NCBI GenBank assembly: GCA_000091205.1
Contig: AP006489.2
Reading direction: 5' to 3' (one strand)
Source of the DNA: Cyanidioschyzon merolae
Taxonomy: Eukaryota
Length of the DNA stretch: 64,000 nt
Below, in pieces: positions 34,875 to 46,200 of this stretch. The notes beneath the pieces were generated by a model. The model saw only the letters and a list, made by a program, of their open reading frames with translations, was not told where the DNA came from and made no database searches. Position 1 is the stretch's first letter; the number at the start of each line of letters is the position of its first letter. Both the position numbers and the translations under genes were made by a program.

Positions 34875-37286
34875 ATGAAGGAAGCCTCTCGTTCTAGAGG
34901 GTGCCAGGTGCGGCTTCGAATAGCGTCGCACCTGACATGCACCCGGGTGTACCCCGAGCTTCAGTGGGTACAGCCGCATGTGCTTTTCTCCGGTCGTCAG
35001 GCAGTTTCCCGCAAAGCCAAGGTAGTCAACATTGCGAAGGCGTGGTCGCGAGCCCCCCACAGAATATATGCTGCCTGCCGTCGGAGAAGCGTTGCCAATC
35101 TAGTCTACTGCTGCGCCACCAAGGGACACCAAGAGCACTCCGAAGCACCACCGAGCGATGACGCTTTGAGGGAATATGAAGCGGTGACCAGCACGCCGGA
35201 ACACGACACCAACGATGCCGTCCGCCGGGAGCTGGCGGAAAATCGTTTCAAAGCTGTTCGTGAACGCGTTGCTACGTTAGAGCAGAAACTACAGCACGGC
35301 GAGGCCATTCGCCGCGTTTTGCTAGCAGAGCAGCTGCTGAAAGCGCTACGAAATCCGGAACTCTACGCAAAACTAGAAGCGGTGGGCCGCAGGCATGCCG
35401 CTGAACAGGAAACGCCTTCCAGTGCCAGCTCGGATTCCAAAGCAACCGCTTCTGCAGCTATGAGCTCCGCTGTTGCTGGGGCAGCTGCTACGGAGCTTGA
35501 GCAACCAACAGATGTCGATGCTGGGCGCACTCCTTCTGTCGCAGCCTCTGACGAGAGGATCATGGCACTTGCCCGGATCATTCAGCAAACACAGGGCCTT
35601 CTCGAAGCACTGAGCCAGTGGAAACACTTGCCAGATAGCGTTTTGGCGAAGGCGAAGGAGTTTCGCAAAGAGCTCGGACAAGTTCTCCTTGAGACTGACC
35701 TTGAAACGGTACTAACCACGGGAGGTTCCGTTTCGAGTGCTGGCACCCCAAGCTCTGAAACCAGTTCTCCTGCCGCGAGAGATTTCTTCAACCGCGCAGT
35801 ACGGGCGCTGCGAGGGCGCTCGAGCGGCAAGCCGGCCGTTACAGACGAAGAGCTGGAGAGTATCCTCTCGGCCGCTGCACAAATGCGACGGACAAGTGCG
35901 CTCAAGGCAGAGATGGATCGCATCGTCACTGCCGAAGCCGCAGCTGCGATGGTGGAGGCCCAACGAGCTCGCGACGAAAAGAGCGCTAAGAACACGGGCG
36001 CAACGTACACTCAAGCTTCAGCCCGTCATGCGCAGCATCTCCTAGAGCGCTGTCGTTTGAAGGGACACGAGCTCAGGAGCTGGCTGAAGCATTTTGTTTC
36101 CGACACCTGGCAACGTCTGAATGGTGTCCCGAGCCCGTCACAGGGTTCCAGTGAAATGAGCGAGACTGCGATTGCACCAGCCCCTGTCATGCCGTTCCGC
36201 CAACGCCAAGCGCTGATCTTTAAGCACACTCTGGAAGATCTGAAACCTCTCGAACGAAAACTGCAGGAATTGAGCAAAGAACGCGAAATGCGTCTGCGAC
36301 GCGAGGGCCCTCTCGGCAAGCTGATCCATATTCGCGACCTGCGCGCACTAGACGACCAAGTGAACGCACTTCGTCGACAAATCAGCGTCCGAGTTCTCGA
36401 GAGCGAGATGGAACGCATTTATCTCTATCTCGATGCAGAGCTCGACGCCTCGACTTTGTTTTTCTCGCGGCCTATCAACGACGAACAGGAGGAGATGCTG
36501 CTCATCGCCGAATACGGGTTGCTGGCTCGGCGTCTAGCGGAAATCCAAGTCCTCGTGGATGTCGGTGAGGCGGTGCTCATCGAAGACGACGAGCTTGCCG
36601 ATCTGGCCTCTGACATCCAGTTTCTCAAGTCTCGCCTGGGCATCGGAGAAGACGATGCGTACATGAACCTGGGCTCTGTGGTACTCGATTGGTCGCGAAT
36701 TCGTCAGTATCTGGCGGAGATGTCCCAAAAAGCCAAGGAGGGTGGAGAATTCTACTGGCGAGGCGTTCGCCTTCTCGGAGGTGACATCATGTACAGCCTT
36801 CGACTGATTCAACGAGCAGCCGCAGGTTACACGTTAACACCGCGCGAAGTCCGCACCATTAGGCGAACAGGTCGCGATATCTTGACACTGGTCCCGTTTG
36901 GCATTTTATTGGCACTGCCGCTGACTCCCGTCGGCCATGTCATGGTGTTCTCGTTCATTCAGCGATATTTCCCGAGTTTCTTCCCGAGCACGTTCACGGA
37001 TAAGCGCCAGGAGCTCATGAGACGTTACGAAAGCCTCATGCAGCAAATTTCGAGCCTCGAAAAAGACTCTGCAACCGAGGAGGCTGAGAAAGTCTCGCTA
37101 TTGGCTCGCGCTGCGCCCGAGGAGACACACCTCGCCAGTGACGATGATGATAACGACATCGACGCCGGCACCAGTTACGTCGACAACGAAATCGACATCG
37201 ACAAGCGCAGTAGCGCGTTGGGAAACAGCGCTGGCGAACGTTTGGCAAGTCGCCGCTCGCGAGGCGTCGAGTTTCCGCGCAAGTGA
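34875..37286 (+). CDS. LETM1-domain protein with a long N-terminal coiled-coil region (plant/algal LETM1-like architecture)
   Basis: 803-aa ORF. The C-terminal block LTPREVRTIRRTGRDILTLVPFGILLALPLTPVGHVMVFSFIQRYFPSFFPSTF aligns with the LETM1 core (LTRRERRQF...[35 protein letters not shown]). The preceding ~550 aa are coiled-coil or low complexity (E/A/R/L-rich) and the tail is acidic. Confidence 0.7.
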   Translation: MKEASRSRGCQVRLRIASHLTCTRVYPELQWVQPHVLFSGRQAVSRKAKVVNIAKAWSRAPHRIYAACRRRSVANLVYCCATKGHQEHSEAPPSDDALREYEAVTSTPEHDTNDAVRRELAENRFKAVRERVATLEQKLQHGEAIRRVLLAEQLLKALRNPELYAKLEAVGRRHAAEQETPSSASSDSKATASAAMSSAVAGAAATELEQPTDVDAGRTPSVAASDERIMALARIIQQTQGLLEALSQWKHLPDSVLAKAKEFRKELGQVLLETDLETVLTTGGSVSSAGTPSSETSSPAARDFFNRAVRALRGRSSGKPAVTDEELESILSAAAQMRRTSALKAEMDRIVTAEAAAAMVEAQRARDEKSAKNTGATYTQASARHAQHLLERCRLKGHELRSWLKHFVSDTWQRLNGVPSPSQGSSEMSETAIAPAPVMPFRQRQALIFKHTLEDLKPLERKLQELSKEREMRLRREGPLGKLIHIRDLRALDDQVNALRRQISVRVLESEMERIYLYLDAELDASTLFFSRPINDEQEEMLLIAEYGLLARRLAEIQVLVDVGEAVLIEDDELADLASDIQFLKSRLGIGEDDAYMNLGSVVLDWSRIRQYLAEMSQKAKEGGEFYWRGVRLLGGDIMYSLRLIQRAAAGYTLTPREVRTIRRTGRDILTLVPFGILLALPLTPVGHVMVFSFIQRYFPSFFPSTFTDKRQELMRRYESLMQQISSLEKDSATEEAEKVSLLARAAPEETHLASDDDDNDIDAGTSYVDNEIDIDKRSSALGNSAGERLASRRSRGVEFPRK

Positions 37287-38374
37287 CGCAGCGTGCATGC
37301 GAAGACGCGCTCCCGTTGAGGCTTCCCTTTAGCAGAGGCGCGCTACAATGCTCTTTCGCTGTCGTTCCAAGGCGGTTGCCGCCGTCCAGCACTCCAGTTT
37401 GCAACCAGTCTCCGCTTTCGCTGATTCGACGATCGACGAGCCGTCGAGGAGCAAACCACGTGCATAGCCGTTCTGCGGCCTGGTCCAGCGTGACGCATCA
37501 TTCGAGAACACCGGTGATGATAATGGTGATATTCGTCGTCATTAGCGCACCGTAGGTCCGCAGCACCACCAAAGTGATACCCAGGGGTTTACCGCTCTCA
37601 ATGTTGTGCGTCGTTGTCGCGCGGCGGTACCTGCTGCTGCTGCTGCTGTTGCTGGTAACCGAGCGGTGGCGACGTGCTGACGGTATGTGTGCTGCGGTCG
37701 AGAATGCATGTGTGTGTTTGTGTCTGCACGCGTGGCTTCACACCAGGTGTGCTTCAGGAGACTCGAACCGTAACGCGTCGTGCAGCGCTGCGGACGGCAT
37801 CACTTGGGAATGAGCTGCTTGCGAAATGCATCCAACCTGGCAGCGCTGTAGTTGCCTCAGTGACTACCGGCTCTACGGACTCGGGGATGCAGAGGCAACG
37901 CAGGGGCAACTGCGGCTTGTGTGTGCCAAGGATGCATGTGCACTGTCGCTTGCGTTCGAAGCGTCAGTTCGCGTCTCGGCCATGTTCGAGAATGTTTTTG
38001 GTACAAGGACGGGGATCGTTGCCGATGATGATCATCGTCCGGCGTACGAATGCGTCCGCTGACCATGACCCCTTGACCGCGCATGCTGCACTGCGCATTC
38101 CAGGTGAACGTGCTGGAGGCAACGCAGAGAGGCTCGCGACCTGGGGACGGCACCGGAGCCTTGACGACTGGTTGATCCTGCGCTAGCAGCACGGAAGTGT
38201 GCACAGTGAGCGGTGCCAGTGCAGGCCGGCGCACGAGAAACAGCAGGACCTGGTGGCACAACTCGGTTCGAACTGCGCAGCGCTTGCTGCAGGAGCTTGT
38301 TCGGTATCGGAAAGCTGTGTTCGGCGATGCTGTTCACGGCCACACGGGTGGAGAACGGTCGGGGCTTTTGCCTT

Positions 38375-39728
38375 TGTCAAACTAAAATGCGTAACTGACC
38401 TGGTCGCTCTACTCATGTCTTGTGATTATGTTTCCGAACGTTTCATGGGTGTTTAGCCTCGGCATTCGATTTGCAGTCGCAAGGGATGCCGCTTTCATGC
38501 GTCGTTCTAGGATCCGCGGTCGTCGTTTCGGAGTGAGATTCTCGATGCTTTGCTGCTGGAATTCGGAACGATTCCAGAGTGAGGATGAGTCGCGAGGCAG
38601 TGGAACACGACTACGCAACACACGCGATACCATTGTGGTATTCGTATGTACCGGCAACCAGGCTACTCCTTTGCTTGTGTGCGTCGCATGCGCAGATCAC
38701 ACACAGGATTCATGTCTTCTATCGTTCTGTGTTCAGGCATTACGCGGACGAAGCAGTATGCGCTGTTGGATTGGCGAGCAAAAACACTCCATGTCGGGCG
38801 CTGAAACCTCGTTGACGAGTTCATGGCGAATGCTCACTGAACTTGTCCCGTCAACACATCGATCTCATTCGAAACACACACGTCCTACGCTCTGTGTATG
38901 GAGCCATCGACGACACAGCATTCGACAGCAGCATGACACCGGTCACGGGATATGCTCCCAGACGCTGTTGTCTCTTCCGTTTCGATCGAAAAAGGGTCCT
39001 GGAGTCGGAATGCTATGATCACAGCGATCGCTTTCTGCGGAGAATGCTTCGCGACTGAGAAAGAAGCGCGCGTTGCCGGATCGAAGGTTCTCGACTTGAT
39101 CTCGAGCCTCGGTTTCCCTCTCGGTACTTGTTTCATTTCAGAGAGCAACGCTCAGCACAAATCCGCTTGTAGAAAATCGAAAAACAAGCGTTCACGCGCC
39201 TAGAGAGCAGCGTACGAGGTCAAGGCATTGCCCCGAAGAAGCCAGCGGTATCAGGGAACTGCAGTGGGCACGTCAACTGAGGAGCGCATCGCGAGGAGCC
39301 TTCTGTACCCGTCAAGGGCATGGGCTGAGCGATACGGTGAGCGTTCACGCTCTGCAGAGTGGCGCTGCCACCAGGCGGAAATTTGCCGGAGACATGCATT
39401 CGAGTGCCTGACCAAAGTCAAGTGTCGCCGCTGCGAAGCGCGCACCGAGGCTGTTTCCGACAAGTACGAAACCGAGAAGCGAAGCGTGATTCGCGACTTG
39501 AGCCTGTGGACATCGTGCGTCGACACCAGCCGAAGCCCGTGATACCCGGACTTGGAAGCTGTTGTTGTTGTTGTTGTCGTCGTCGTCATGCAGTGACTAC
39601 TGAAAACAGAGCTGGCGAGACGAACACGATCCGCGTACGTAAACGCCGGAAATAAAAGAGGGAATATGCGGCAGTTGCAGACATAGCTTTCAACAACCGG
39701 TATTCATGAGAATGAAGAGAGACCCGAC
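38375..39728 (+). mobile_element. Interspersed element family B, copy 1 (~1.35 kb, non-coding)
   Basis: Collinear and highly similar to 55822-57170. It starts tgtcaaactaaaatgcgtaactgacc and ends ...gagaatgaagagagaccc. It contains a (GTT)n/(GTC)n run near 39555-39581 and the conserved core at about 38915-39045. The length and core position are similar to family A. Confidence 0.65.
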
Positions 39729-39839
39729 CCTTTTGCGAGTTCGCTCGATATACAGGACCTGTCCTATTTCTAGGCTGACACGGGTACGATGTAGCTCGAT
39801 CCTAGTCCTTGTGGTAAAGCAGAGCCGGCGTTACCGGTT

Positions 39840-41330
39840 TTAGTTTACATCAGTACAAGTCGCTTTGATTTCATTGGGCGGGGCCAGCGAAACGTATTGC
39901 AATCCGAAAACGCCCAGCAAATAACTCAGCACAGCAAACAGGAGCGCGATGGCTGCCAGATCTCCCAGGGAAGGTATACCGCCAAAGGCAGCTCGCCAGC
40001 CAAGCCCACCCCCGTCCTGCTGCTTGCGTCGATACAGTACATACAAACTAAGGATGATGAATAAGAGAACCGCAATCCGATTGGCATACTTCAGGCCCAG
40101 TGGCGGTCGATAGGCCGGTACTCGATAGACCGTCGCCATCGGACGATATATGAGTTCGTCTCGGATCCGCGCCGCCACGGTGAGAGCGTGCTCCACTGCA
40201 GCGACAGTCTCAGCATACGACGGATCACAGGGGTCTACGGAGCTCGCGATCGCCTCGCAGTACTCCGTGAAGATGGTCAGTACTGCGGGCATGTCGCGGG
40301 CGCGGAGCACGAGCTTCGCTGTTTGGCCGCGACGAAGCTTGACGCGTCGAACGAATACATCGGCGTTATTGTAGCAAAGCGCAAGCGTGGCTATCGCCAT
40401 GACTTGGGGAATCGCCACAAAATAAAATACAGATTCCGACCGCACCTGCGACATATACTGAAGACAATCGGGTACGTGCCGAAGCGCGTCGGTGACCATG
40501 GCGTTCAGGCACTCGACGGCGACACGGCGGTGTTCAGGTCGGGCTAGATCGGCGAGTTCCATGTCCTTGCCAAACCTACCCCATATCTCCTGAGGCCAAA
40601 ATGTGCGTCCATCACGTTGGTCTTCCAGATAGTCCCGGATAATATTGGTTTTCTGCAGGAAAAGACCCATAGAGTTCGCTAACGCATCAGCAAGCTTGCT
40701 CTCTACGAATACTTCCCGTGACTCGTACCCGGAAGCAGCGAACATGGCACTCAACCCAATACCCACCAAACCAGCAACGTAGTGGCAGTACAAGTCGTAG
40801 TCCGCAATGGTCGCACATGCCTTGTGATGAATGTGCTGAGCCATACCGTCACCCATACAACGGGTAATATCCGTTATGATCTCTCGATAAGCAGGTTTCA
40901 GCTCATGGAAACAACCAAGCACTCGGGGAAACTCTTCCAACAGCTTCCGCTCGTCCGCGCTGCCGATATCGTGCACAGCGTAGCTGTTGCCCTGCAGGTG
41001 CGTGTACAACTCTTGACACAGCCGCATCCGCAACGTTGCGTCAACGCTCGTGTCGTCCTCTATCGTGTCCAAGGCGCGTAGAATAAGGTAAAATATACAT
41101 ACCGGGTCGCGAAGTTCTGAATCCAGCTCCATGATCACCAGCGCGAACGAACGAGACACTCTCCGGAGGTACTCGTAACAGAAGCGCCAGTCGGCGATGC
41201 GCTCAGCATCGCCCACCCGCTGCCGTAAACCCTCTTCCTGTACGTTTACTGCCTTTCTACTCTTCTCACGATACTTGACTAACGCCCATAACTCATCAGG
41301 ATGGCATAAAACCGTGCGTAACGCGCCCAT
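39840..41330 (-). CDS. SQS: Squalene synthase (farnesyl-diphosphate farnesyltransferase)
   Basis: 496-aa ORF with isoprenoid-synthase motifs SRSFALVIMELDSELRDPVCIFYLILRALDTIEDD (first Asp-rich region), YCHYVAGLVGIGLSAMF and a second Asp-rich region. C-terminal hydrophobic tail IALLFAVLSYLLGVFGL is consistent with an ER anchor. Confidence 0.85.
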   Translation of the reverse strand: MGALRTVLCHPDELWALVKYREKSRKAVNVQEEGLRQRVGDAERIADWRFCYEYLRRVSRSFALVIMELDSELRDPVCIFYLILRALDTIEDDTSVDATLRMRLCQELYTHLQGNSYAVHDIGSADERKLLEEFPRVLGCFHELKPAYREIITDITRCMGDGMAQHIHHKACATIADYDLYCHYVAGLVGIGLSAMFAASGYESREVFVESKLADALANSMGLFLQKTNIIRDYLEDQRDGRTFWPQEIWGRFGKDMELADLARPEHRRVAVECLNAMVTDALRHVPDCLQYMSQVRSESVFYFVAIPQVMAIATLALCYNNADVFVRRVKLRRGQTAKLVLRARDMPAVLTIFTEYCEAIASSVDPCDPSYAETVAAVEHALTVAARIRDELIYRPMATVYRVPAYRPPLGLKYANRIAVLLFIILSLYVLYRRKQQDGGGLGWRAAFGGIPSLGDLAAIALLFAVLSYLLGVFGLQYVSLAPPNEIKATCTDVN

Positions 41331-41664
41331 CGAGTGCTAAAGAAGCAGGCACCTACGAACAAGGCACACGAAAGAAGACCAGCAATCCACGCTGTTCGCG
41401 CATCGCGCAATGGATGGCGTACAACAGCGCGCTGCAGCGCCCTGCGTGTCCATGCGACGTGCGACGTGCGTCGTACGTCGTGCGTGTGCGTGTGCGTGTG
41501 CGTGTGTTCGAATCGGCGCACTGGACGCGCCTTGCCGCGCAGACGCATCGCAGGTGCCATGCGTGGCGCTGTTTTCGGCGGCAGGCGATCGAATTCGCGA
41601 TGCCACAGGTATCCCAGTGCGGATCGTAGCTGCATTGTATAGAGGCTATGCATTTCTATTCGTT

Positions 41665-42590
41665 ACTGGACAGCGCAAAATGGACTGCATGAATGCCTCA
41701 GGTCAGTCATAGCACAGTGCGCAGATGGCTGAGGAACACTGAAAGACAGCAAGCGAGAACTGTATGCGCTCTGCGCCAAGAACTGGTATTGTGAAAGGCT
41801 CTAGTGGTCTATGGTAGAAAAACGAACTGTTGATTATCTTCCATGGAAGGCAAAATCGAAGATTGTAGTTACCACGGGCGTCTCTGCTTCTCAACAGCTC
41901 ATTCATTTGGTCCTGCAAGCACTGAGATACAGTTGCAGAAAAAGAGTACCGGTTGAAGCATGGTGGTTTTTCACGGAAATCGCACAGAGAGGCTTCCTGG
42001 AAATTGGGAATCTGTATGAAGCAGAGGAACGTCGGTTTGTTTTTCCAGTTAATGATACTGTGTTCGGATGAAACAGTCGTAGCGTCTATGCGTATTCGTG
42101 GAGCATGGATCCCGTCGTAGGTATGCACGATCGAACTCGAAGAGAACGGGGACATCATCATCGGTTCTAGGTGCAGTGGATTCATTTTTGGCGGCCTCAG
42201 CTTTGGCTCCTAGAGAAGGTTCGCGCATCAGCACAAACCACTTTGTCGAATTATCGAAGAATTTTGCCCTGACGTCTGAGAATGTCCCTCTGTTGCACAT
42301 CGTGCCACTTCACTCTTTCCCTTGCGTTTGGGCTTTTCCCGATTCTATCGGGGAGTAGAGCTGCTTTTCATTCCTTCATACTGAGCGTGATTGAATCCCG
42401 TTGAGGGAGTCGTTTCTATCGTGAATTGTGCGGATCGCTGCACTGGGTGGATCGCCGTAGCTCTGAACATGTGCTAACATACCGCGGCACGTTAGCTCTG
42501 TCTTCCACAAGTCCTTCTCGCTCTGGAAAAGTGCTCACCTATGGGCATGAATGAGTGCATTCATTTGAAGAAATAAATAATCTGAGGGAT
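41665..42590 (+). repeat. Interspersed repeat family C, copy 1 (~0.9 kb, diverged)
   Basis: Roughly 65-70% identical by eye to 57455-58370 along its length. Shared blocks include gcactgagatacagttgcagaaaaag / gcactgaaaacactgggatagagtcgcagaaaaag, gtatgcacgatcgaactcgaagag / gtatgtacaatcgaactccaagag, cccgattctatcggggagtagagctgcttttc / gtcgattctatctgggtagagctgcttttc and atgggcatgaatgagtgcattcatttgaagaaataaataatc / agggcatgaacaagtgcgttcattttgaagaaataaaaaatc. Confidence 0.55.
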
Positions 42591-43288
42591 GCGCTGTAGA
42601 ATGCACTTCAGAAGATCGAGTTGGAGAGACGGCAGCGGAGCGCCTCGGCGCTAGAGGAGCACGGACAGCTGACAGACCACCGAATGGCACCGAGGGCAAG
42701 CGTTGGAGGACTCCTCGAAAATGCGGGTTTAACCAGCGGGAATCAACGCATGGAATGCGTGAACCGAGAGACTTCAACGCCGTGATCAATATCAGAAGAT
42801 ATGCGGTGCGGAGGATGAGACCCGAGGAGCCGCTGCAAACCAACTTTGGGGAGCAGCCTATGAAGCTCGAAGCGTACAAGGAGAAGCTGAAGCCGGTAGC
42901 ACACGGCCCGTCAACGAAAATGTCCGGAGGCTTCTACGGTTCTGTATCCGTGTACCCGGCATGGTCTTGCCACATGTATCGTTTCATTCAACATATTTGT
43001 ACACCTTAGAATAACATTGAACACATCGTGTGCGGACACCGGACTCGGCGCTACCAGCGCCTGAGCGGCGCAGTGCCTCCTGGCCAAGCACACGGGAACA
43101 AGCGGTCAAGTTCTCATAACTGCGCATCGGCTATTTTTATGAACTGAAGTCTCACTGTCTTGGACTACATAGAGCTGCACTTCTGTCGACGAACGCGCAC
43201 GAGATCCTGTGCCCAGCGCTTTGTCTTAACAAGACTGGCGTCTGCCGCTCGAGGGCTCCGTACCCGCAGACCGCGCTCGTGACACCTT

Positions 43289-46200
43289 ATGAGCGTGAAG
43301 GGTGCTCAGGTCGATACTGCACACGGAGCACTCGACAGAGAAATCTTTGATAATGGGTTTCCATCCGATAATGGTGGCTGCAGGGACAGCGATCAGGGCA
43401 TCCCGCCGCACACAGGCGCAGTCAACGCGATGCTCCGGAACCTGTCAACAAGCGTGCCGTTCGACGCCTCCGTCTATGGTAGCTATACCTTTGTGCACGA
43501 GTCCTGGGAACCGTGTCCTACTGCAGTCAACGCTTGGCAGCGTTTATGCGAAGTCTGGCGAGCGAGACAGGAGCTGCAACAGATCGAGCGTCAGCTCGAA
43601 CAGGTGCGGCGCAGAGCGTCCTCGCTGCTGCCAATGCAGAAGACCAGCTCCGAAACGAATCAAGACGCGATGACGACAAACGTCTACCGCACCACATATG
43701 CCCAGATACATAGACTACTGCTCGAACGCGAGCAGGCGCGACGAGCGCTCTCCGCGCGGCCCGTAACGCTTCGCGACGATACACAGGTTCTCTCCCGCAG
43801 CCTAGAGGCTATTCAGTTCCGAATCCCTTCCGTCGATGATATTCGACGCGCTTCTGTGATTGAAATGAACCGCAAACAATTGTACACCCCCGAGCACGAC
43901 ATCGTCCCGCACGGCGCACTGGACAAGCACCTAGGCGTCAGCGATAAGAACGAGCGCTGTGCAACCTGCGGACTCTCCCTGGCTGACTGTGCCGGCCATT
44001 TCGGTCATATCGAACTAGTGCTTCCTGTGTTCCACGTTGGCTATCTGAGTTTCTTGCTTCAAGTACTCCAGTGCATCTGCAAGCGCTGTAGTGGCCTACT
44101 TGCAGATGCACAGTTCGTTGAGCATCTGCGTCATCAACAACGTGAGCATCGCGCTCGAAACACACCGGGCTACCTTCAGAGCCTCCTCAAGCGCCACTTG
44201 GAATGGGCCAAGCGCTCCTCGATCTGCCGACACTGCGGCGCTCCGAATGGTCTCGTTCGTAAAGTCAGCAGCCCGCGGGAATGGCTCGCCACTGCATCCG
44301 CGGCAGCGACAAGCTCTAGTACGACTTGTACGCAGCGGGATGGCAGCGGTGGCATCGCAACACGAGCCGCCTCTGGGCTGCGCTCGAATTCCTCGATGAG
44401 CCATACAGGAGCACCGCGACTCGTGCATGAACTGATGCCCCGGGCCGGCTGGAGCCACCGCCAGTACCTCCAACTTGAACTTTACTTGGCGCACTGGTAC
44501 GAACGGGCGAGCTTTGCAGCTGGAAGGAACTTGCGTCGATGCCCAGCGGATCAGGTCATTGCACAGAAGGCGCCCACTGCACAGGCCAGTTCGATCGCTG
44601 GAGTCTTGATGCACACCGCGGACGGCGATAAGGACGACTTGGACAGCGACCACAACGAGTTCAACGCTTTACCGAGCGCACTGGGCAAGCCAGCAGCCTC
44701 TGGGGCGTCACTGTCTGCTGCCGTTGCAGCTCGCAGGATGATGCATCGCTCCCGCAAGGCACACTTTGCATTCGAGCTGACGCCGCTCCACGTACTGGAA
44801 CTGCTGCGAAACATTGCACCGGCGGACCTTGAAGCACTCGGCATGGATCCCGACACCACGAGACCCGAGGATATGCTCCTGCGCTGCGTTGCCGTTCCGC
44901 CAGTCTGCATTCGTCCCAGCGTTTGTAACGATCCATCCCAAGGGAGCACTGAGGACGATCTCACGATCATGCTTGCCGATATAGCGGGTGCGAATGCTCT
45001 TGTGATGGAGCAACTGGTCAAAGGCAGCGATTTGGGCAAACTGCTCGATGCTTGGGATCATTTGCAACTCGCTGTTGCCCGCTACATTCATGCAGACTAT
45101 CCAGGTCTACCGGCTAGTCTCTACTACAAGGCACAGATCGGTCTCTGCCAACGCCTGAAAGGCAAACAGGGGCGCTTCCGGGGAAATCTCTCGGGCAAGC
45201 GGGTCGACTTTTCGGCTCGAACGGTCATATCTCCGGACCCGAACTTGTCCATCGATCAGGTGGGTGTTCCGCTGCGGATCGCGAAGATTCTCACCTACCC
45301 GGAGCGCGTCACGCCCTGGAACATCGACCAGCTGCGGAAAAGTGTCCTGCGAGGCCCGGATCGCCATCCAGGTGCCAACTACGTGCTCTTTCCTGATGGA
45401 AGCAAGCGTTTTCTTCGCTTTGGTGACCGCGAGGACATCGCTCGCAGTCTCTGCGTGGGCTGCGTCGTCGAGCGTCACCTCCGAGACGGTGACCTGGTGC
45501 TCTTCAATCGACAACCGTCGTTGCACCGGCTTTCAATCATGGCGCACTCGGTGAAAGTGATTGCTGGTCGGACCTTCCGCTTCAATGAGTGCGTATGTGC
45601 GCCCTATAATGCCGACTTTGATGGCGACGAAATGAACCTGCACGTGCCGCAGACCGAGGAGGCGCGAGCAGAAGCACGAGCGTTGCTTGCCGTTCCCCAG
45701 AACCTGCTCTCGCCACGCAACGGTGAGCCGCTCATCGCCTGCACTCAGGATTTCATCACCGCGCTGTACCTGCTGACCCACAAGGACGTCTTCTATGGAC
45801 GCTGGGCTGCGGTCCAGTGTCTGAGCTTCGGCCTGGAACCGGAGGCATCGGCAGCGATCCTTGGACGCCTGCCCGAGCCGGCAATTCTCCATCCGCTTCC
45901 CTTGTGGACAGGAAAGCAGCTCTTCAGCGCGCTGGTGCAGGCCGATCCCGCCCTCAGCGATGAGGCAGTGCGCGTGCTCATCTGCTTTGATGCAACCGAG
46001 AAAGCCTACACTCATGAAGGCATCTGGTGTCGTGCCGACGCCTACGTCTGTGTCCGATCCGCGGAGCTCATCAGTGGCCAGGTCGCGAAACGAACGCTGG
46101 GCTCCCAGTCGAAGCAGTCCCTGCTCTACGTCCTGCAGCGAGAAGCAGGGCCACTGCTTGCCGTGCGCTGCATGAACCGCCTAGCCCGTTTCGCGAGCCG

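Noticed and set aside
38255-38290. Possible tRNA gene suggested by a ggttcgaac T-loop-like motif
   Set aside because: Flanking sequence cannot be folded into an acceptor/T-stem cloverleaf (no complementary 5-bp T-stem, no D-arm consensus). It is likely a chance match.
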